From the NCBI GenBank assembly GCA_963727825.1, contig CAVSHO010000014.1:42897-106896 (forward strand): 64,000 bases of DNA, in the 5' to 3' direction. The translations under genes were made by a program, and so were the position numbers. Under the pieces are notes generated by a model that worked only from the letters and a program-made list of their open reading frames with translations, was not told the origin of the DNA and did no database searches. Shown in pieces: positions 19,078-31,412 of this stretch; position 1 is the stretch's first letter, and every line of letters begins with the position of its first letter. This DNA comes from Ignavibacteriota bacterium. GTDB taxonomy: Bacteria; Bacteroidota; Ignavibacteria; UBA10030.

Positions 19078-20233
19078 GATCACCATAACTAGGAATTAAT
19101 GCGCCTGAGTAATTTTTCTTCCCTTCAAAAGCAAATCCATCTTCATATTCTTCTATATCACAGCCCAATAAACGCAGATTATTCACAATAGCATGAATTC
19201 GATCAGTTTCTTTCGTTCTTAGTTCTCGCGCATCGTGAATGCTAAAACTGCCCTCTGCAAATAAAGCTGTAATCGAGAGAATTGGGATTTCATCTATAAG
19301 ATCAACCACTTCTGCACCACGTAGATCAATATTACTTTTCAATTCCGAATATTTGACAACAAGATCACCAATAGGTTCACCTTCGACGATTCTTTCATTT
19401 TCAACTTGGATATTACCACCCATTGTTTTGAATATATCCAAAATGCGTCTTCGTGTCGGATTAAGCCCGACATTTTGTATTGTGATATTTGATTCCGGCA
19501 CAATCAATCCAGTGGAAAGGAAAAACGCTGCTGCTGACATGTCTCCGGGAACAAAAAACTTCTTACCGTCAATTTTCATATCTGATTGGACTTCAACAAC
19601 ATTGCAGCCATTTATTGTTGTTGATCTCAAACCGAGCATTCGTTCAGTATGGTCGCGTGTTTTTGAATTTTCAATAACCGTTGTCAGACCGTCAGCAAAA
19701 AGACCTGCAAAAAGTAACGCAGATTTGACTTGTGCACTTGGTATAGGCAAGGTATATTGAATTGAATGAAGCTGTTCAACTGGTTCAATAAACAGTGGCG
19801 CAGTATTTGTTTCAGTACCATAAATATTTGCACCCATTTGTCGAAGCGGATCGATGATACGTTTCATTGGCCGCTGGCATAATGAAGAATCTCCAATAAG
19901 AACTGAATTAAATTTTTGTCCAGCAAGAATACCTGAAAGCAATCGCATAGTCGTACCTGAGTTGCCCGCGTTTAATGGCGCGGAAGCTTTCTGCAATCCG
20001 CGGCGTCCTTTACCATAGAATGAAATGTAATTTCCACGCTCGTTGATTTGAATTCCAAGTTGCTTAATACATGAAAGTGTACTAAGAGGGTCTGCAGCGT
20101 GCGAACACGAGCTTATTTCCGATACACCGTCTGCAATTGCGCCTATCAAAATGGCTCGATGAGAAATGGATTTATCCCCTGGAACTTGTAAAGTTCCCTT
20201 AAATCCTTTTATCTGTGGTATCGTAAGATTCAT
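18950..20233 (-). CDS. aroA: 3-phosphoshikimate 1-carboxyvinyltransferase
   Basis: PGDKSISHRA, GNSGTTMRL, SAQVKSA, KETDRI, DHRIAM. Confidence 0.96.
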   Translation of the reverse strand: MNLTIPQIKGFKGTLQVPGDKSISHRAILIGAIADGVSEISSCSHAADPLSTLSCIKQLGIQINERGNYISFYGKGRRGLQKASAPLNAGNSGTTMRLLSGILAGQKFNSVLIGDSSLCQRPMKRIIDPLRQMGANIYGTETNTAPLFIEPVEQLHSIQYTLPIPSAQVKSALLFAGLFADGLTTVIENSKTRDHTERMLGLRSTTINGCNVVEVQSDMKIDGKKFFVPGDMSAAAFFLSTGLIVPESNITIQNVGLNPTRRRILDIFKTMGGNIQVENERIVEGEPIGDLVVKYSELKSNIDLRGAEVVDLIDEIPILSITALFAEGSFSIHDARELRTKETDRIHAIVNNLRLLGCDIEEYEDGFAFEGKKNYSGALIPSYGDHRIAMSFGVAGLRIPNITIENTDCADISFPGFWQKLVSSKKV

Positions 20234-20304
20234 AAAAGAAATCCTCACACCGTTTATAAATTGTTTGTGATGTGAGGATATGTGCTCCTTGAAGTTGGAA
20301 ATGG

Positions 20305-22476
20305 TTAACGACGCGGACGCCGGTCGTCCCTGCCTCCATGATGATCTGATTTTTTGCGTTCACGGGAACGCTTCATTTCCTCGCCTGCATTTTCTCCACC
20401 AGGCAGCAATGCTTTATGACTTAGGCTCATTTTCCCATCTGGATCGATGTGCATTAATTTAACTTCAAGAATGTCTCCTACTTTCACAAAGTCGTCCACC
20501 TTTTCAACACGCTGCACATTTAATTGGGAAACGTGTACGAGTCCTTCTTTTCCCGGAAGAATTTCAACGAATGCACCAAAGTCTGTAATCTTTTTTACAG
20601 TTGCTTTATACACTTTATCTATTTCCGGCAATTCAGCAAGACCACGAATATAGAGCATCGCTTTATCTGCAGATTCTTTTTCTACCGCTGCAACTGTAAC
20701 CGTACCGTCATCTTCTACATTGATTTCTGCACCGCTATCCTTGACGAGCTGACGAATATTTTTACCGCCAGGCCCAATCAATGAACCAATCATATCTATC
20801 GGGATCTTTATAGTTTCCAAACGCGGTGCATACTGAGAAATTTCAGTCCGTGCTGTTGAAAGGCATGTAGCCATTATATCAAGAATATGCATTCGTCCTT
20901 CTTTCGCTTGAGCAAGAGCTTTCTCAAAAATCTCGAATGAAATACCTTTGATCTTAATATCCATTTGGAATGCAGTAATTCCGACATTTGTGCCGGCAAC
21001 TTTGAAATCCATATCACCTAAATGATCTTCGTTTCCAAGAATATCACTAAGAATGGCAACCTGATCAGATTCCTTCACTAAACCCATTGCAATACCGGCA
21101 ACAGCCCGCTTCATTGGAACTCCAGCATCAAAAAGTGAAAGTGTACCTGCACAAACCGTTGCCATCGAAGATGAACCGTTTGATTCGAGAATATCAGAAA
21201 CTACGCGAATAGTATAAGGAAATTCTACTTCGGTCGGAATCAATCTCTTAAGCGAACGCTCAGCAAGATTTCCGTGACCAATTTCACGCCGTCCAGTTGA
21301 ACCAACTCTTCCAACCTCGCCAACAGAAAATGGCGGAAAATTATAGTGGAGCATAAAACGTTTTGTTGTTTCGGGTAACAGACCTTCGAGTACTTGTTCA
21401 TCCATTTTTGTCCCAAGTGTCGCACTTGTAAGACTTTGTGTCTCGCCGCGAGTAAAAAGTGCTGAACCGTGCGTACGCGGGAGAATTCCAACCTCGCAAG
21501 TAATCGGTCGTATATCTGTCAAACCGCGTCCATCAAGTCGTTTACCATCGTTAAGGATAGTTGATCGCATTGCATCACGTTCGATATCGTGGAGTAATTC
21601 ATCTATAAGTGGTTCTTTCTCAGGATATTTTTCCGCCAAAGAAGCTTTGATCTCATCACGCACTTTATTCGTTTTTTCAGATCGTTCCTCTTTTGTCATC
21701 ACTGTGCGGCTTAATTGTTTCATCTTTGCTTCTGCAAGTGCAGTAACTTCATCTTTCATACCAGATGGAATTTCCGGAACAAGTATATTCCGCTTTCGGC
21801 TTATTGACTTCCTGAGCAAGCTCAACCTGAACAGAACAAATGCTCTTTATTGCTTCATGACCGATTCGCAATGCTTCAAGCAAATCATTTTCTGAAGCTT
21901 CAGCAGATTCACCTTCAACCATAACAATAGAATCAGGTGTTCCAGCTACTGTGATGTCTAAATCGCTTGAATCCAGTTCCCTGAATGTCGGGTTCACAAT
22001 ATATTTTCCATCAACACGACCTACTCGTACTTCCGCAATTGGACCATCAAATGGAACATCAGACACCATCAAAGCTGCTGATGCCGCACAAGCGCCAAGG
22101 ACATCGCCATCATGTTCCATATCAGAAGAATAAACAGTGACAAGAACTTGTGTTTCGTTTTTATATGTCTTGGGAAACATCGGTCTAATAGGACGGTCAA
22201 TCAATCGAGAGGATAATATTTCTTTTTCAGTCGGACGTCCTTCGCGCTTGAAAAAACCGCCTGGAATTTTCCCTGCAGCTGCCGTTTTTTCACGATACTC
22301 AACTTGCAATGGGAAAAAATCCTGACCTTCTACGGCTTCGTATCCGCTCACTACTGTCGCCAGCACCATTGTGTCTCCATATCTAACCATTACTGCGCCA
22401 TGTGCTTGTTTTGCAAACCTGCCGGTTTCCAGTGTGAATGTTTTTCCGTTAAGTTGTATTTCCTTTGTGACCATCA
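20305..22476 (-). CDS. pnp: Polyribonucleotide nucleotidyltransferase, split by a 1-nt frameshift near 21795
   Basis: Two overlapping ORFs give RNase PH1 and PH2-KH-S1; removing one A from CCGAAAGCGG restores [11 protein letters not shown]. Confidence 0.93.
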
Positions 22477-22543
22477 TAGTTACCTGCTTCTTTCTTCTAA
22501 AGAACCGCGTACTAAAAATTGATATCATTTATAGCGCATTTAA

Positions 22544-22813
22544 TTACTTACGTATATCAAGCTCTTGAATAATCTTTCGATAGCGCGCAATATCTTTTTT
22601 CATTAAATAGTCTAGCAATCGGCGCCTCTTGCCGACTAATTTCAGCAAACCCAGCCGGGCATGATGATCTTTTTTAAATGTATCAAGATGCGGGGACAAA
22701 CTGTCAAGAGTGGCTGTTATGATGGCAATTTGCACTTCAGGAGTACCAGTATCTGAAGAATTCTTGCCATATTTTCCTATTATTTCTTTTTTTTGCTCTG
22801 TTGTAATTGGCAT
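22544..22813 (-). CDS. rpsO: 30S ribosomal protein S15
   Basis: [26 protein letters not shown]. Confidence 0.97.
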   Translation of the reverse strand: MPITTEQKKEIIGKYGKNSSDTGTPEVQIAIITATLDSLSPHLDTFKKDHHARLGLLKLVGKRRRLLDYLMKKDIARYRKIIQELDIRK

Positions 22814-22855
22814 TTTAGCTCCTTGTAAATTGTAATTGTACTGCAATCATTCTAT

Positions 22856-23800
22856 TCAATTATTTTTATATTCAAGCTGTAATACGCTGCTCAATTCTTT
22901 GTCTTTGTGCATTTGCTGAATAAGTTGCTCAGCGGTATCAAATTTAAATTCATTGCGCATTTTACGCAGGAAATTGATTTGAATATCTAATTCATAAATA
23001 TCTTTATCAAAATCAAGAATATTTACTTCAATAGTACGTTTACCTAACGGTTGAAATGTCGGACGCACTCCAATACTCGCCATACCAAAATAATTGTCCT
23101 TATCTACATTGACCTTCACAAAATAAATACCGTTATCAGGAACAAGCTTCTTTTGCGAATCAAGCATAATATTTGCCGTTGGATAACCGAGAAGACGTCC
23201 CCTCCCGTCACCTGCGACAACTTTCCCCCGTAAGGCATATGGCCTGCCCAATAATTTTGCCGCACTTTGTACCCTTCCTTGGTTTAACGCATCTCGAATT
23301 ATGGAACTACTTATCGGATTACCGTTAAGAGTGAATTGTTTAATATTTACAACATCAAATTCAAATTCTTTCCCCAGCTGTATCAAGGAGTCAATTGTCC
23401 CTTCGCGATTTCTTCCCCAGTGATGATCATACCCTTCTACCACTAGGCTTATTCCAATGCCATTAATAAGATATGTTATATAGAAATCTCGAAAGCTCTG
23501 ATTTGAAAACGCTTTGTCAAATTCAATCACAACAAACCAATCAACACCCAACATCTCACATAATTCTTGACGTTCTCGCAAGGTTGTTAGAAGTTGCACC
23601 TTTGTCTTGGCATCTGCTAATATTTCTCGCGGATGCGGTTCAAAAGTCACCACTACACTTCTACCATTCCTTTTTTTCGCAAGAGCAACTACTTCTTTTA
23701 TAATTTCTTGATGGGCAAGATGAACGCCATCAAATGTACCAACTGTAATAGTCGAATTCTTGTCAAACGGAATCTCATTAATTTGTTGAGCTAATTTCAT
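22856..23800 (-). CDS. ribF: Riboflavin kinase/FAD synthetase
   Basis: GTFDGVHLAH, ISSS.IR, GYPTAN, GVRPTF. Confidence 0.95.
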   Translation of the reverse strand: MKLAQQINEIPFDKNSTITVGTFDGVHLAHQEIIKEVVALAKKRNGRSVVVTFEPHPREILADAKTKVQLLTTLRERQELCEMLGVDWFVVIEFDKAFSNQSFRDFYITYLINGIGISLVVEGYDHHWGRNREGTIDSLIQLGKEFEFDVVNIKQFTLNGNPISSSIIRDALNQGRVQSAAKLLGRPYALRGKVVAGDGRGRLLGYPTANIMLDSQKKLVPDNGIYFVKVNVDKDNYFGMASIGVRPTFQPLGKRTIEVNILDFDKDIYELDIQINFLRKMRNEFKFDTAEQLIQQMHKDKELSSVLQLEYKNN

Positions 23801-23807
23801 GAAAGCT

Positions 23808-24512
23808 CTAATTATTTTTGAAGATCGAATTCCGCCAATCAATCAATTGTTCTATTGTCATAGCATTAGTGATACGATGATCGCCAATACGTGTTCTCCT
23901 CAGTGCTGTCAATGTTGCACCGCATCCAAGTCGCAGACCAAATTCATCAATCAAAGAACGAATATATGTTCCCTTTGAGCAAACGATACAAAAATCAATA
24001 TATAAATCACGAATATCAACAATATCAAAGCTTAAAATATTTATTTCTCGCTCAACACGTTCTACTGCTTTTCCGGCTCGTGCATATTTGTATAACGGTT
24101 TCCCGCCATATTTTACTGCGGAGTACATCGGCGGCAACTGGAGTTGCTTGCCGATATAACTTTGAGCTATCTCTTTTATTTTCCGTTCGGTTATTGTAGA
24201 AGAATCCCTCCATTCATGAGGCTCTGTTTCCGTGTCAAAACTTGGAGTGCGCACTCCAAGTTTACAAGTACCTGTATATTCTTTTTCTAGCCCGACAAAT
24301 TGCTCAATAGTTTTTGTTTTCTTGCCTGTACAAACAATCAATAAACCGGTTGCGTTTGGGTCTAAAGTTCCAGCATGTCCCACTTTCCGCACATCAAAGA
24401 GCACTCTTACTTTCTTAACAACATCAAAGGACGTCCAATCTAAAGGTTTGTCGATGAAAAGAACCACACCTTCAACTGAAAAATCATGTTGCAATAATTT
24501 CTCTTCACTCAT
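23808..24512 (-). CDS. truB: tRNA pseudouridine(55) synthase
   Basis: KVGHAGTLDP, PPMYSA, CSKGTYIRSL. Confidence 0.96.
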   Translation of the reverse strand: MSEEKLLQHDFSVEGVVLFIDKPLDWTSFDVVKKVRVLFDVRKVGHAGTLDPNATGLLIVCTGKKTKTIEQFVGLEKEYTGTCKLGVRTPSFDTETEPHEWRDSSTITERKIKEIAQSYIGKQLQLPPMYSAVKYGGKPLYKYARAGKAVERVEREINILSFDIVDIRDLYIDFCIVCSKGTYIRSLIDEFGLRLGCGATLTALRRTRIGDHRITNAMTIEQLIDWRNSIFKNN

Positions 24513-24889
24513 GCATCAGCCGAATTTTTCTCTTCTTCTTTCTTTGAATCATTCTCATGAATTTTATTAAATATATTCTCAAGTTTCATTGCCCTATCCA
24601 GGGATTCATCTAAATAAAAGATAATCTCAGGTGTAAAACGCAATCGCACTGCATGGCCGAGCATAGAGCGAATCGATGATTTTTGTGCTTCTAATTTGGT
24701 GAAGCTCTTTTTCTTTTGCTCTTCGTCTCCAAAAATACTTAAATAAACTTTTGCGACCTTAAGATCGGGACTCATTATTACATCTGTTACAGTTAAAAAA
24801 CCGTAATCGTTCATGCTGAAGTTACGTTGAAACATTAAGCCCAATTCCTCTTTGATGAGCGATCCAACTTTTTCAGATCTAACAGACAC
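24509..24889 (-). CDS. rbfA: Ribosome-binding factor A
   Basis: SPDLKVAKVYLS, LRFTPEIIF; synteny. Confidence 0.95.
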   Translation of the reverse strand: MSVRSEKVGSLIKEELGLMFQRNFSMNDYGFLTVTDVIMSPDLKVAKVYLSIFGDEEQKKKSFTKLEAQKSSIRSMLGHAVRLRFTPEIIFYLDESLDRAMKLENIFNKIHENDSKKEEEKNSADA

Positions 24890-24899
24890 ATTCTATCCT

Positions 24900-27586
24900 T
24901 TATTCCAATTTGCGTTTAGTTTCAACAGTTCTATATGCTTCAATAATATCGCCATTCTTGATATCGTTGAAGCTTTCAAGACTAATACCGCATTCAAACC
25001 CTTGTTCGACTTCTTTTACATCATCTTTGAACCGTTTCAGCGATGCAATAGTTCCGTCAAACACTTCGATGCCATCACGTACTAGGCGTACATGATTGTT
25101 CCGTACAATTTTGCCATCTCTAACATAGCAACCAGCAATTGTTCCGATTTTAGATATTTTGAAGACATCTCGAACATCTACCGTTGCAGTAACTTCCTCT
25201 GTTACAGTTGGAGCCAATAAACCTTCCAGAGCTTTCTTCACATCATTAATAGCATTATAAATGATATTATAGATTCTGATGTCAACATCTTCGTGTTGTG
25301 CTAATTGACGCGCTTTGAGATTCGGACGTACATGGAATCCAATAATCACTGCACTGGATGCCATAGCGAGCAATACATCTGATTCAGAAATACCACCGAC
25401 ACCTTTATAGATGACTTGCACTTTGACTTCATCTGTCGAGAGTCTCATCAAAGAATCCGAAAGAGCTTCTGCTGAACCATCCACATCAGCTTTGACAATA
25501 ACCGGTAGATCACGCACTTGCCCTTCTTTGATTTGTTGCGAAATATCATCCAATGTCACTCGTCTGTTTTGCCGGAAATCTTGTTCTCGTTTTAATTGCT
25601 GGCGTGTTAAACTAATTTCACGTGCTTGATGTTCGTCTTCAATGCCAACAAGATCATCACCCGCTTGTGGAATACCGTCAAAACCAACAACTTGGACAGG
25701 TTGCGATGGTTTAGCCGCTTCTACTCTTTGACCTCGCTCATCAAACATGGCTCTTACGCGTCCACTCCAAACGCCGCAAACAAATGAATCGCCAATACGC
25801 AGAGTACCTTTCTGTACTAAAATTGTCGCGATAATTCCTTTGCCCTTATCTAATTCAGCTTCTACAACAGTTCCGCGTGCTTCTCTATTTGGGTTTGCGC
25901 GAAGATTCAACATCTCTGCTTCTAGTAGTATTTTTTCGAGGAGCAAATTAATATTGGTTCCTTTCTTAGCAGAAAGTTCGACTGCTTGATGCTTTCCCCC
26001 GTATTCTTCAATCAGAATTCCGTGTTCGGCCAATTGTTGTTTTATCCGTTCAGGATTAGCTTCTACTTTATCAATTTTATTAATCGCAACAATTATCGGA
26101 ACGTTTGCTGCTTGTGCATGACTTATGGCTTCTACGGTTTGAGGCATTACACTATCATCTGCAGCTACCACCAAAACAACAATATCCGTAACTTGTGCGC
26201 CTCTGGCACGCATTGCGGTGAATGCCTCGTGACCTGGTGTATCGAGAAACGTAATCTGTTTATTACTATCAACTGTGACTTCGTAAGCACCGATATGCTG
26301 TGTTATTCCTCCTGCTTCACCAGCGACAACATTTGCACTTCTAATATGATCGAGCAACGATGTTTTGCCGTGATCGACGTGCCCCATAATCGTGACAACC
26401 GGTGCGCGCTGAATAAGTGTCTCTTCTTCATCTTCAATATCCGAAAGCGCTTCTGATGAAAACTCTTCTTCAAAATCCACTTGGAATCCAAACTCATCAG
26501 AAACTAGAGTAATTGTATCTTTATCTAAACGCTGGTTGATGGAAACCATAATGCCAAGACCCATTACTTTTTGTATGACTTCAGCTACAGTTACCTGCAT
26601 TAGATTGGCAAGTTCACCAACAGTAACATATTCAGTTACTTTGATGCGCATCTTATCATGTTCAATTTGATCGAGTTTTTTCTGTTCTTCCTCTTCTCTC
26701 TTTTCTTTTTTCTTTCGTCTTATGGCTGCACGTGCAATCGCCAACTCGTCGCCTGACTCAGCAAGAGTTTCCCGAATTGCTTTTGCCACTTCATCTTCAT
26801 TGACCTCAGCACGTCGAACTCGTTTTCGTTTTCTTGATTTTGATTCTTCTTCATCTTCCGATTTGCCTGGTGCTGATTTAGTTTTCTTAATCTCATCACG
26901 AACTTTTTTCTTTTTCTTTTTTCTTTTCTCTTCTATATCCGGTTTTTGATTACCTCGAGCAGGCGTTAGATCTATCTTTCCTTTGATTGTTAATCCGCGC
27001 TGCGAACGCGCAACAACAGCTTCCAATGGAGTCTGCAATTGCTTTTTTGCCCGTCCTGCTGGTTTGTCTTTGCTTGGAGTCTCTCCTTTGGTTTCTCGGT
27101 TTTTGTTTCAACGACTGGCGATGGCGGTTCAGCTGATATTTCTGTAGTTACGACTTCTTTTTCAGGTTCAGGTATTTCTTTAACAGAAATTTCGATTGTC
27201 TCTGTTACTATCGGCTGTGGAATTTCTTTCACAGCATGAATCAATGGTTCCTCTATTGTGGGTTGCTGCGCTTCCTTTTGCACAGGAATATCTTCTTTTC
27301 CTGCGGCTTTCTTTTCAACTTTCTCAACTGTTTCTGTTTTTTCAGGAGTTTCCTTCTTCCGTGTAGAACGGAACTCTTGAATTTTACGTTGATGCCTCTC
27401 TGCAACTTCCTTGTCTTTCTTAAAATGGCCCATAATAACAGGCATCATATCCTCGGTCACAGAGGACATGTGTGACTTCACATCGAAGCCTTTCTTTTTA
27501 AGGAAGTCAATGATTGTTTCGCTTGAAAGATTTAATTCTTTCGCGAGGTTGAAGATCTTCATTTTTTTAAAGCTCTGTTCAGACAT
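24900..27586 (-). CDS. infB: Translation initiation factor IF-2, split by a 1-nt frameshift near 27085
   Basis: IF2_N (KIFNLAKELN) in the 5' ORF; GHVDHGKT, DTPGHEAF, NKID in the 3' ORF, whose frame is open upstream as ETPSKDKPAGRAKKQLQTP. Confidence 0.93.
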
Positions 27587-27624
27587 TCTGATCTTCTTTC
27601 GTTATACACGAAATAAGTGTTTTT

Positions 27625-29022
27625 TTACTCGCCTTCCGGCTTAGTTTCTTCTGTCTTTATTATTTCTGGTTCTTCGTGCGCTTTTAAGTCTGAGGAAATT
27701 TCCTCTTTTTCAGTCTTCTCTTCTTTATCTGTTCCATCGATCTCTGCAAGTAAAGTATCCGTTTCCTCGTCGATTTCTACTTCTGCTTCTTCAAAGCCCT
27801 TCTTCAACATTGCAATAATCTCGTCCACTTTTTCCGGTTCTATCCCAAGTGTATTAACCAGATCTTCTTTTGGCGTCTTTATGATATCACGCACTGATTT
27901 ATAATTCTCATCAAAGAATTTATGGAAGAGCACATCGCCAAGTTCTTCACGGAATTCCGATAAATCCATGTCGTATTCCTCTTCTTCACCGCCTTCTTTT
28001 TGCACATTCAACTCAAATCCCGTCAACTTAGAGGCTAAACGAACATTCTGTCCGCCTTTGCCTATGGCAAGAGAAACCTGATCGTTGGCAACATTTATCA
28101 CTGCTTTTTTATTTTCCTTGTCCATCTGAATTTCTTTAAGTTTAGCCGGTGCAAGTGCACGTTGGATAAACACTAAAGGATCTTCAGAATAATTAATTAC
28201 ATCGATATTCTCGTTATTCAATTCTCTAACGATTGCATGAATACGCACACCCTTCATTCCAACGCATGCTCCGACGGCATCAATACGCTCGTCGTGTGAA
28301 AGCACTGCTACTTTAGCTCTATCTCCCGGTTCACGTGCAATTCTCTTAATTTCAATAATACCATCATAGACTTCGGGAATTTCAATCTCAAATAACCTCA
28401 TAAGAAAGGCAGGATCTGTCCGAGATATAACAACCGTTGGATTACCTGCTCCTTTGCGAACTTCTTTCACGATAGCTCGGATTGTATCACCTTTTTTATA
28501 GCGTTCTTTGTAAATTTGTTCATTCCTGGGCAGAAGCAATTCATTCTTATTATGAATGACAAGAATTTCACCTTTGCCTTTGCGAATCTGATAAATCTCA
28601 CCTACAACAATTTCTCCGATTGAATTAGAGTATTCATTAAATATCGCCTCGCGTTCGATCTCTTTGATACGCTGATTTAAGTTTTGTTTTGCACTTATCA
28701 CAAGACGACGGCCGAAGTCCTCTAATGGAACGATTTCGACGAACTCTTCTCCAGTGGCTAAACTATCTCCAGATTTTTTTTGTGCATCTTCAACAGAAAT
28801 CTGTGTTGATGGATCTTCTACCACCTCTACGACTTCTTTTTCAAGATAAATTTCGATGTCACCTTTATCCATATTGACGACAACATCATATTTTACATTA
28901 GGCCCATACTTCTTCTTCACCATCATCCCAAAAATATCTTCCACAATCCCAATAAGGATATCTTTGTCGATGCCTTTTTCGCGAGCCATCTGTGCAAATG
29001 ATTCAACAATTTCGTGATTCAT
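27625..29022 (-). CDS. nusA: Transcription termination/antitermination factor NusA
   Basis: AREPGDRAKVAV, GACVGMKG, AIGKGGQNVRLA. Confidence 0.97.
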   Translation of the reverse strand: MNHEIVESFAQMAREKGIDKDILIGIVEDIFGMMVKKKYGPNVKYDVVVNMDKGDIEIYLEKEVVEVVEDPSTQISVEDAQKKSGDSLATGEEFVEIVPLEDFGRRLVISAKQNLNQRIKEIEREAIFNEYSNSIGEIVVGEIYQIRKGKGEILVIHNKNELLLPRNEQIYKERYKKGDTIRAIVKEVRKGAGNPTVVISRTDPAFLMRLFEIEIPEVYDGIIEIKRIAREPGDRAKVAVLSHDERIDAVGACVGMKGVRIHAIVRELNNENIDVINYSEDPLVFIQRALAPAKLKEIQMDKENKKAVINVANDQVSLAIGKGGQNVRLASKLTGFELNVQKEGGEEEEYDMDLSEFREELGDVLFHKFFDENYKSVRDIIKTPKEDLVNTLGIEPEKVDEIIAMLKKGFEEAEVEIDEETDTLLAEIDGTDKEEKTEKEEISSDLKAHEEPEIIKTEETKPEGE

Positions 29023-29057
29023 CTTACCTCCATGCTACAGAGCATTCATTCTGTGGA

Positions 29058-29510
29058 CTACCAGGGAAGCTCTTCAATTGATTCAATAATCTCATTAAAG
29101 GAAATTTTACAAGTTTCTCCATTTTTAGTGATAAAAGTTAAAATATCACCTTCTATTTCACTAAGCGTACCGTTAATCTCTTCAATTCCGACGTCTTTTC
29201 GATAATGCACGAGGAATTTTCTTCCTATATTTTTACGATATTGCCTTAACAACCTAAGCGGTTTCGTTAAATCAGGAGAAGACACTTCCAATATATATGA
29301 ATTTGGAATAATATTTTGAAGTTCAAGCGTTTCTCCTATTTTTCGATTCAGTTCAGTACATTGACTAACCGTAATTCCTGAATCAGTATCTACAAAAAGC
29401 TGCAATACTTTTCGCTGCTCACCCTGTATATTAATATCAACGATGAATGCATCGATTGTGTTAAGAAAGGGTTTCGCTATTTCTTCAATCTTTTGCTGTA
29501 AATCCATCAA
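29058..29510 (-). CDS. rimP: Ribosome maturation factor RimP
   Basis: YILEVSSP; synteny. Confidence 0.92.
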   Translation of the reverse strand: MMDLQQKIEEIAKPFLNTIDAFIVDINIQGEQRKVLQLFVDTDSGITVSQCTELNRKIGETLELQNIIPNSYILEVSSPDLTKPLRLLRQYRKNIGRKFLVHYRKDVGIEEINGTLSEIEGDILTFITKNGETCKISFNEIIESIEELPW

Positions 29511-29521
29511 TTCAGGATTCC

Positions 29522-29551
29522 AAAAAAAATAGCCCGTCTACCTCGGGCTAT
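29522..29551 (-). terminator. Terminator-like hairpin in rimP leader
   Basis: ATAGCCCG-AGGTAGA-CGGGCTAT + U-tract just upstream of rimP. Confidence 0.65.
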
Positions 29552-29635
29552 CTACATCTGCTGTTTATAATATACACAATGGCTTTTGAAGAAGCAAGAA
29601 AATTTGCTGTTTATAGGTTTTGCCTCTACAGTAAT

Positions 29636-30364
29636 TTAAAAATTAGTAATCATTACATTTTTCTTGTAGAAATCCTCAATAATTGTAGCCGCCTCGACCG
29701 GATCATCAGTAACATGAAATATATCTATATCTTCGGGAGAAATCATTTTTTCCTGAACGACCGTTGTTTTAATCCAATCGACAAGGCCTTTCCAGTAATC
29801 AGAGCCCATAAGGACAATCGGAAACGCTTTTGTTTTTTGGGTCTGAACAAGTGTCATTGCTTCAAAGAATTCATCTAACGTACCAAATCCTCCAGGCATT
29901 ACTATAAATCCATGGGCGTATTTAACAAACATCACTTTTCGCACGAAGAAATGTCTAAAAGTTTGCAATCTACCGCGATCAATATACTTATTCGCGTCTT
30001 CTTCATGCGGCAGCTCTATAGCGACGCCGACAGAATCCCCTTTCTGCTCTTGTGCTCCTTTATTTGCCGCTTCCATAATACCTGGACCACCGCCTGTGAG
30101 CACATTGAACCCATGCTTGACGAGTTCCTTAGCTACCTGAACAGCCAGCTGGTAATATCGCGAATCCGGTTTTAATCGAGCAGAGCCAAATATAGAAACG
30201 AGATTTTTTTGTCTCGCCATCAAGGTGAATCCATCAACAAATTCTGCCATAACACGAAATATACGCCATACATCATCCTGCGCTGCGAGGAGCCCCCTGA
30301 GCTGTTGATCTTGTTGTGCGTCATAATCTGTTCGAGTCTGATGGTTCAAATTGTTATTTTCCAT
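29636..30364 (-). CDS. LOG-family Rossmann-fold protein (TIGR00730)
   Basis: SIFGSAR, TGGGPGIM, PGGFGTLDE. Confidence 0.92.
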   Translation of the reverse strand: MENNNLNHQTRTDYDAQQDQQLRGLLAAQDDVWRIFRVMAEFVDGFTLMARQKNLVSIFGSARLKPDSRYYQLAVQVAKELVKHGFNVLTGGGPGIMEAANKGAQEQKGDSVGVAIELPHEEDANKYIDRGRLQTFRHFFVRKVMFVKYAHGFIVMPGGFGTLDEFFEAMTLVQTQKTKAFPIVLMGSDYWKGLVDWIKTTVVQEKMISPEDIDIFHVTDDPVEAATIIEDFYKKNVMITNF

Positions 30365-30376
30365 ATTCTTCTCCTT

Positions 30377-31411
30377 CTAATTTCTAAAAAGTGATTTCAT
30401 CATTTCCGAGGCTATTATAATTTGTTCCTTACTGATATCTAGATGTGTAACCGCTCGAAGAGTAGAAATACCCATTTCCGAAATAAGAACACCTTTGGCT
30501 TTCAATTTGGAGATAAGCTCTTCGGCGCTCTCCGATCTGCCACTAATATTGAGGATGATAATATTTGTTTGTACAGATTTTAAGTCAAGATCAATGCCAG
30601 GGAGATTGCTTAATTCTTTTGCTAACCACTTTGCCTTATCGTGATCTTCCTTCAAACGTTCATAATTGTGATCAAGTGCAAATAATGCTCCAGCTGCAAG
30701 AATTCCAACTTGACGCATACCACCGCCGAATATTTTTCGATATTTTCGTGCCGATTCGATTTTCTCGCGTGTTCCAGTTAAAGCGGAGCCAACCGGAGCT
30801 CCCAACCCTTTTGAAAAACAAACCGAGACAGTATCAAAGAAACGAGCATATTCTTTCGGAGCAATGCCCGTTGCAATAGAGGCATTCCAAAGACGAGCAC
30901 CATCAAGATGAAGGGCAAGTTTCCTATTTCTCGCCAAGTTATGTATTTTCTGAATTTCTTCAAGCGGATAAATTGTTCCGCCTGCCTTGTTGTGAGTATT
31001 TTCAAGACAGACAAGTGAAGTTTTCGGGTTGTAATAGATCTTTGAACGGATTGCTTGAGCTACCTGTTCTACGTTTAAGATTCCATTGTTTCCTTTGACT
31101 GTACACAATTGCACATTGGAAAGAAATGCAGCTCCAGCTGTTTCATAGTTAAAGATATGCGATTCGCTTTCAACGATGACTTCATCACCCGGTTGAGTAT
31201 GCACTTTAAGAGCAAGTTGATTTGCCATCACTCCAGATGGCACGAAGAGCGCCGCTTCTTTGCCAAGGATTTCAGCTACTCTTTCCTGCAAACAATTTAC
31301 TGTCGGATCTTCACCATACACATCATCGCCAACTTCAGCAGTAAGCATCGCTTCTCGCATTTCTCGGGAAGGTTTGGTTACCGTATCACTTCGCAAATCG
31401 ATTATTTCCAT
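30377..31411 (-). CDS. ltaE: Low-specificity L-threonine aldolase
   Basis: [28 protein letters not shown]. Confidence 0.93.
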   Translation of the reverse strand: MEIIDLRSDTVTKPSREMREAMLTAEVGDDVYGEDPTVNCLQERVAEILGKEAALFVPSGVMANQLALKVHTQPGDEVIVESESHIFNYETAGAAFLSNVQLCTVKGNNGILNVEQVAQAIRSKIYYNPKTSLVCLENTHNKAGGTIYPLEEIQKIHNLARNRKLALHLDGARLWNASIATGIAPKEYARFFDTVSVCFSKGLGAPVGSALTGTREKIESARKYRKIFGGGMRQVGILAAGALFALDHNYERLKEDHDKAKWLAKELSNLPGIDLDLKSVQTNIIILNISGRSESAEELISKLKAKGVLISEMGISTLRAVTHLDISKEQIIIASEMMKSLFRN

Positions 31412-31412
31412 A

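Noticed and set aside
21749-27586. Programmed frameshifting in pnp and infB
   Set aside because: No clear slippery heptamer or SD/stop arrangement; single-base indel error is more parsimonious
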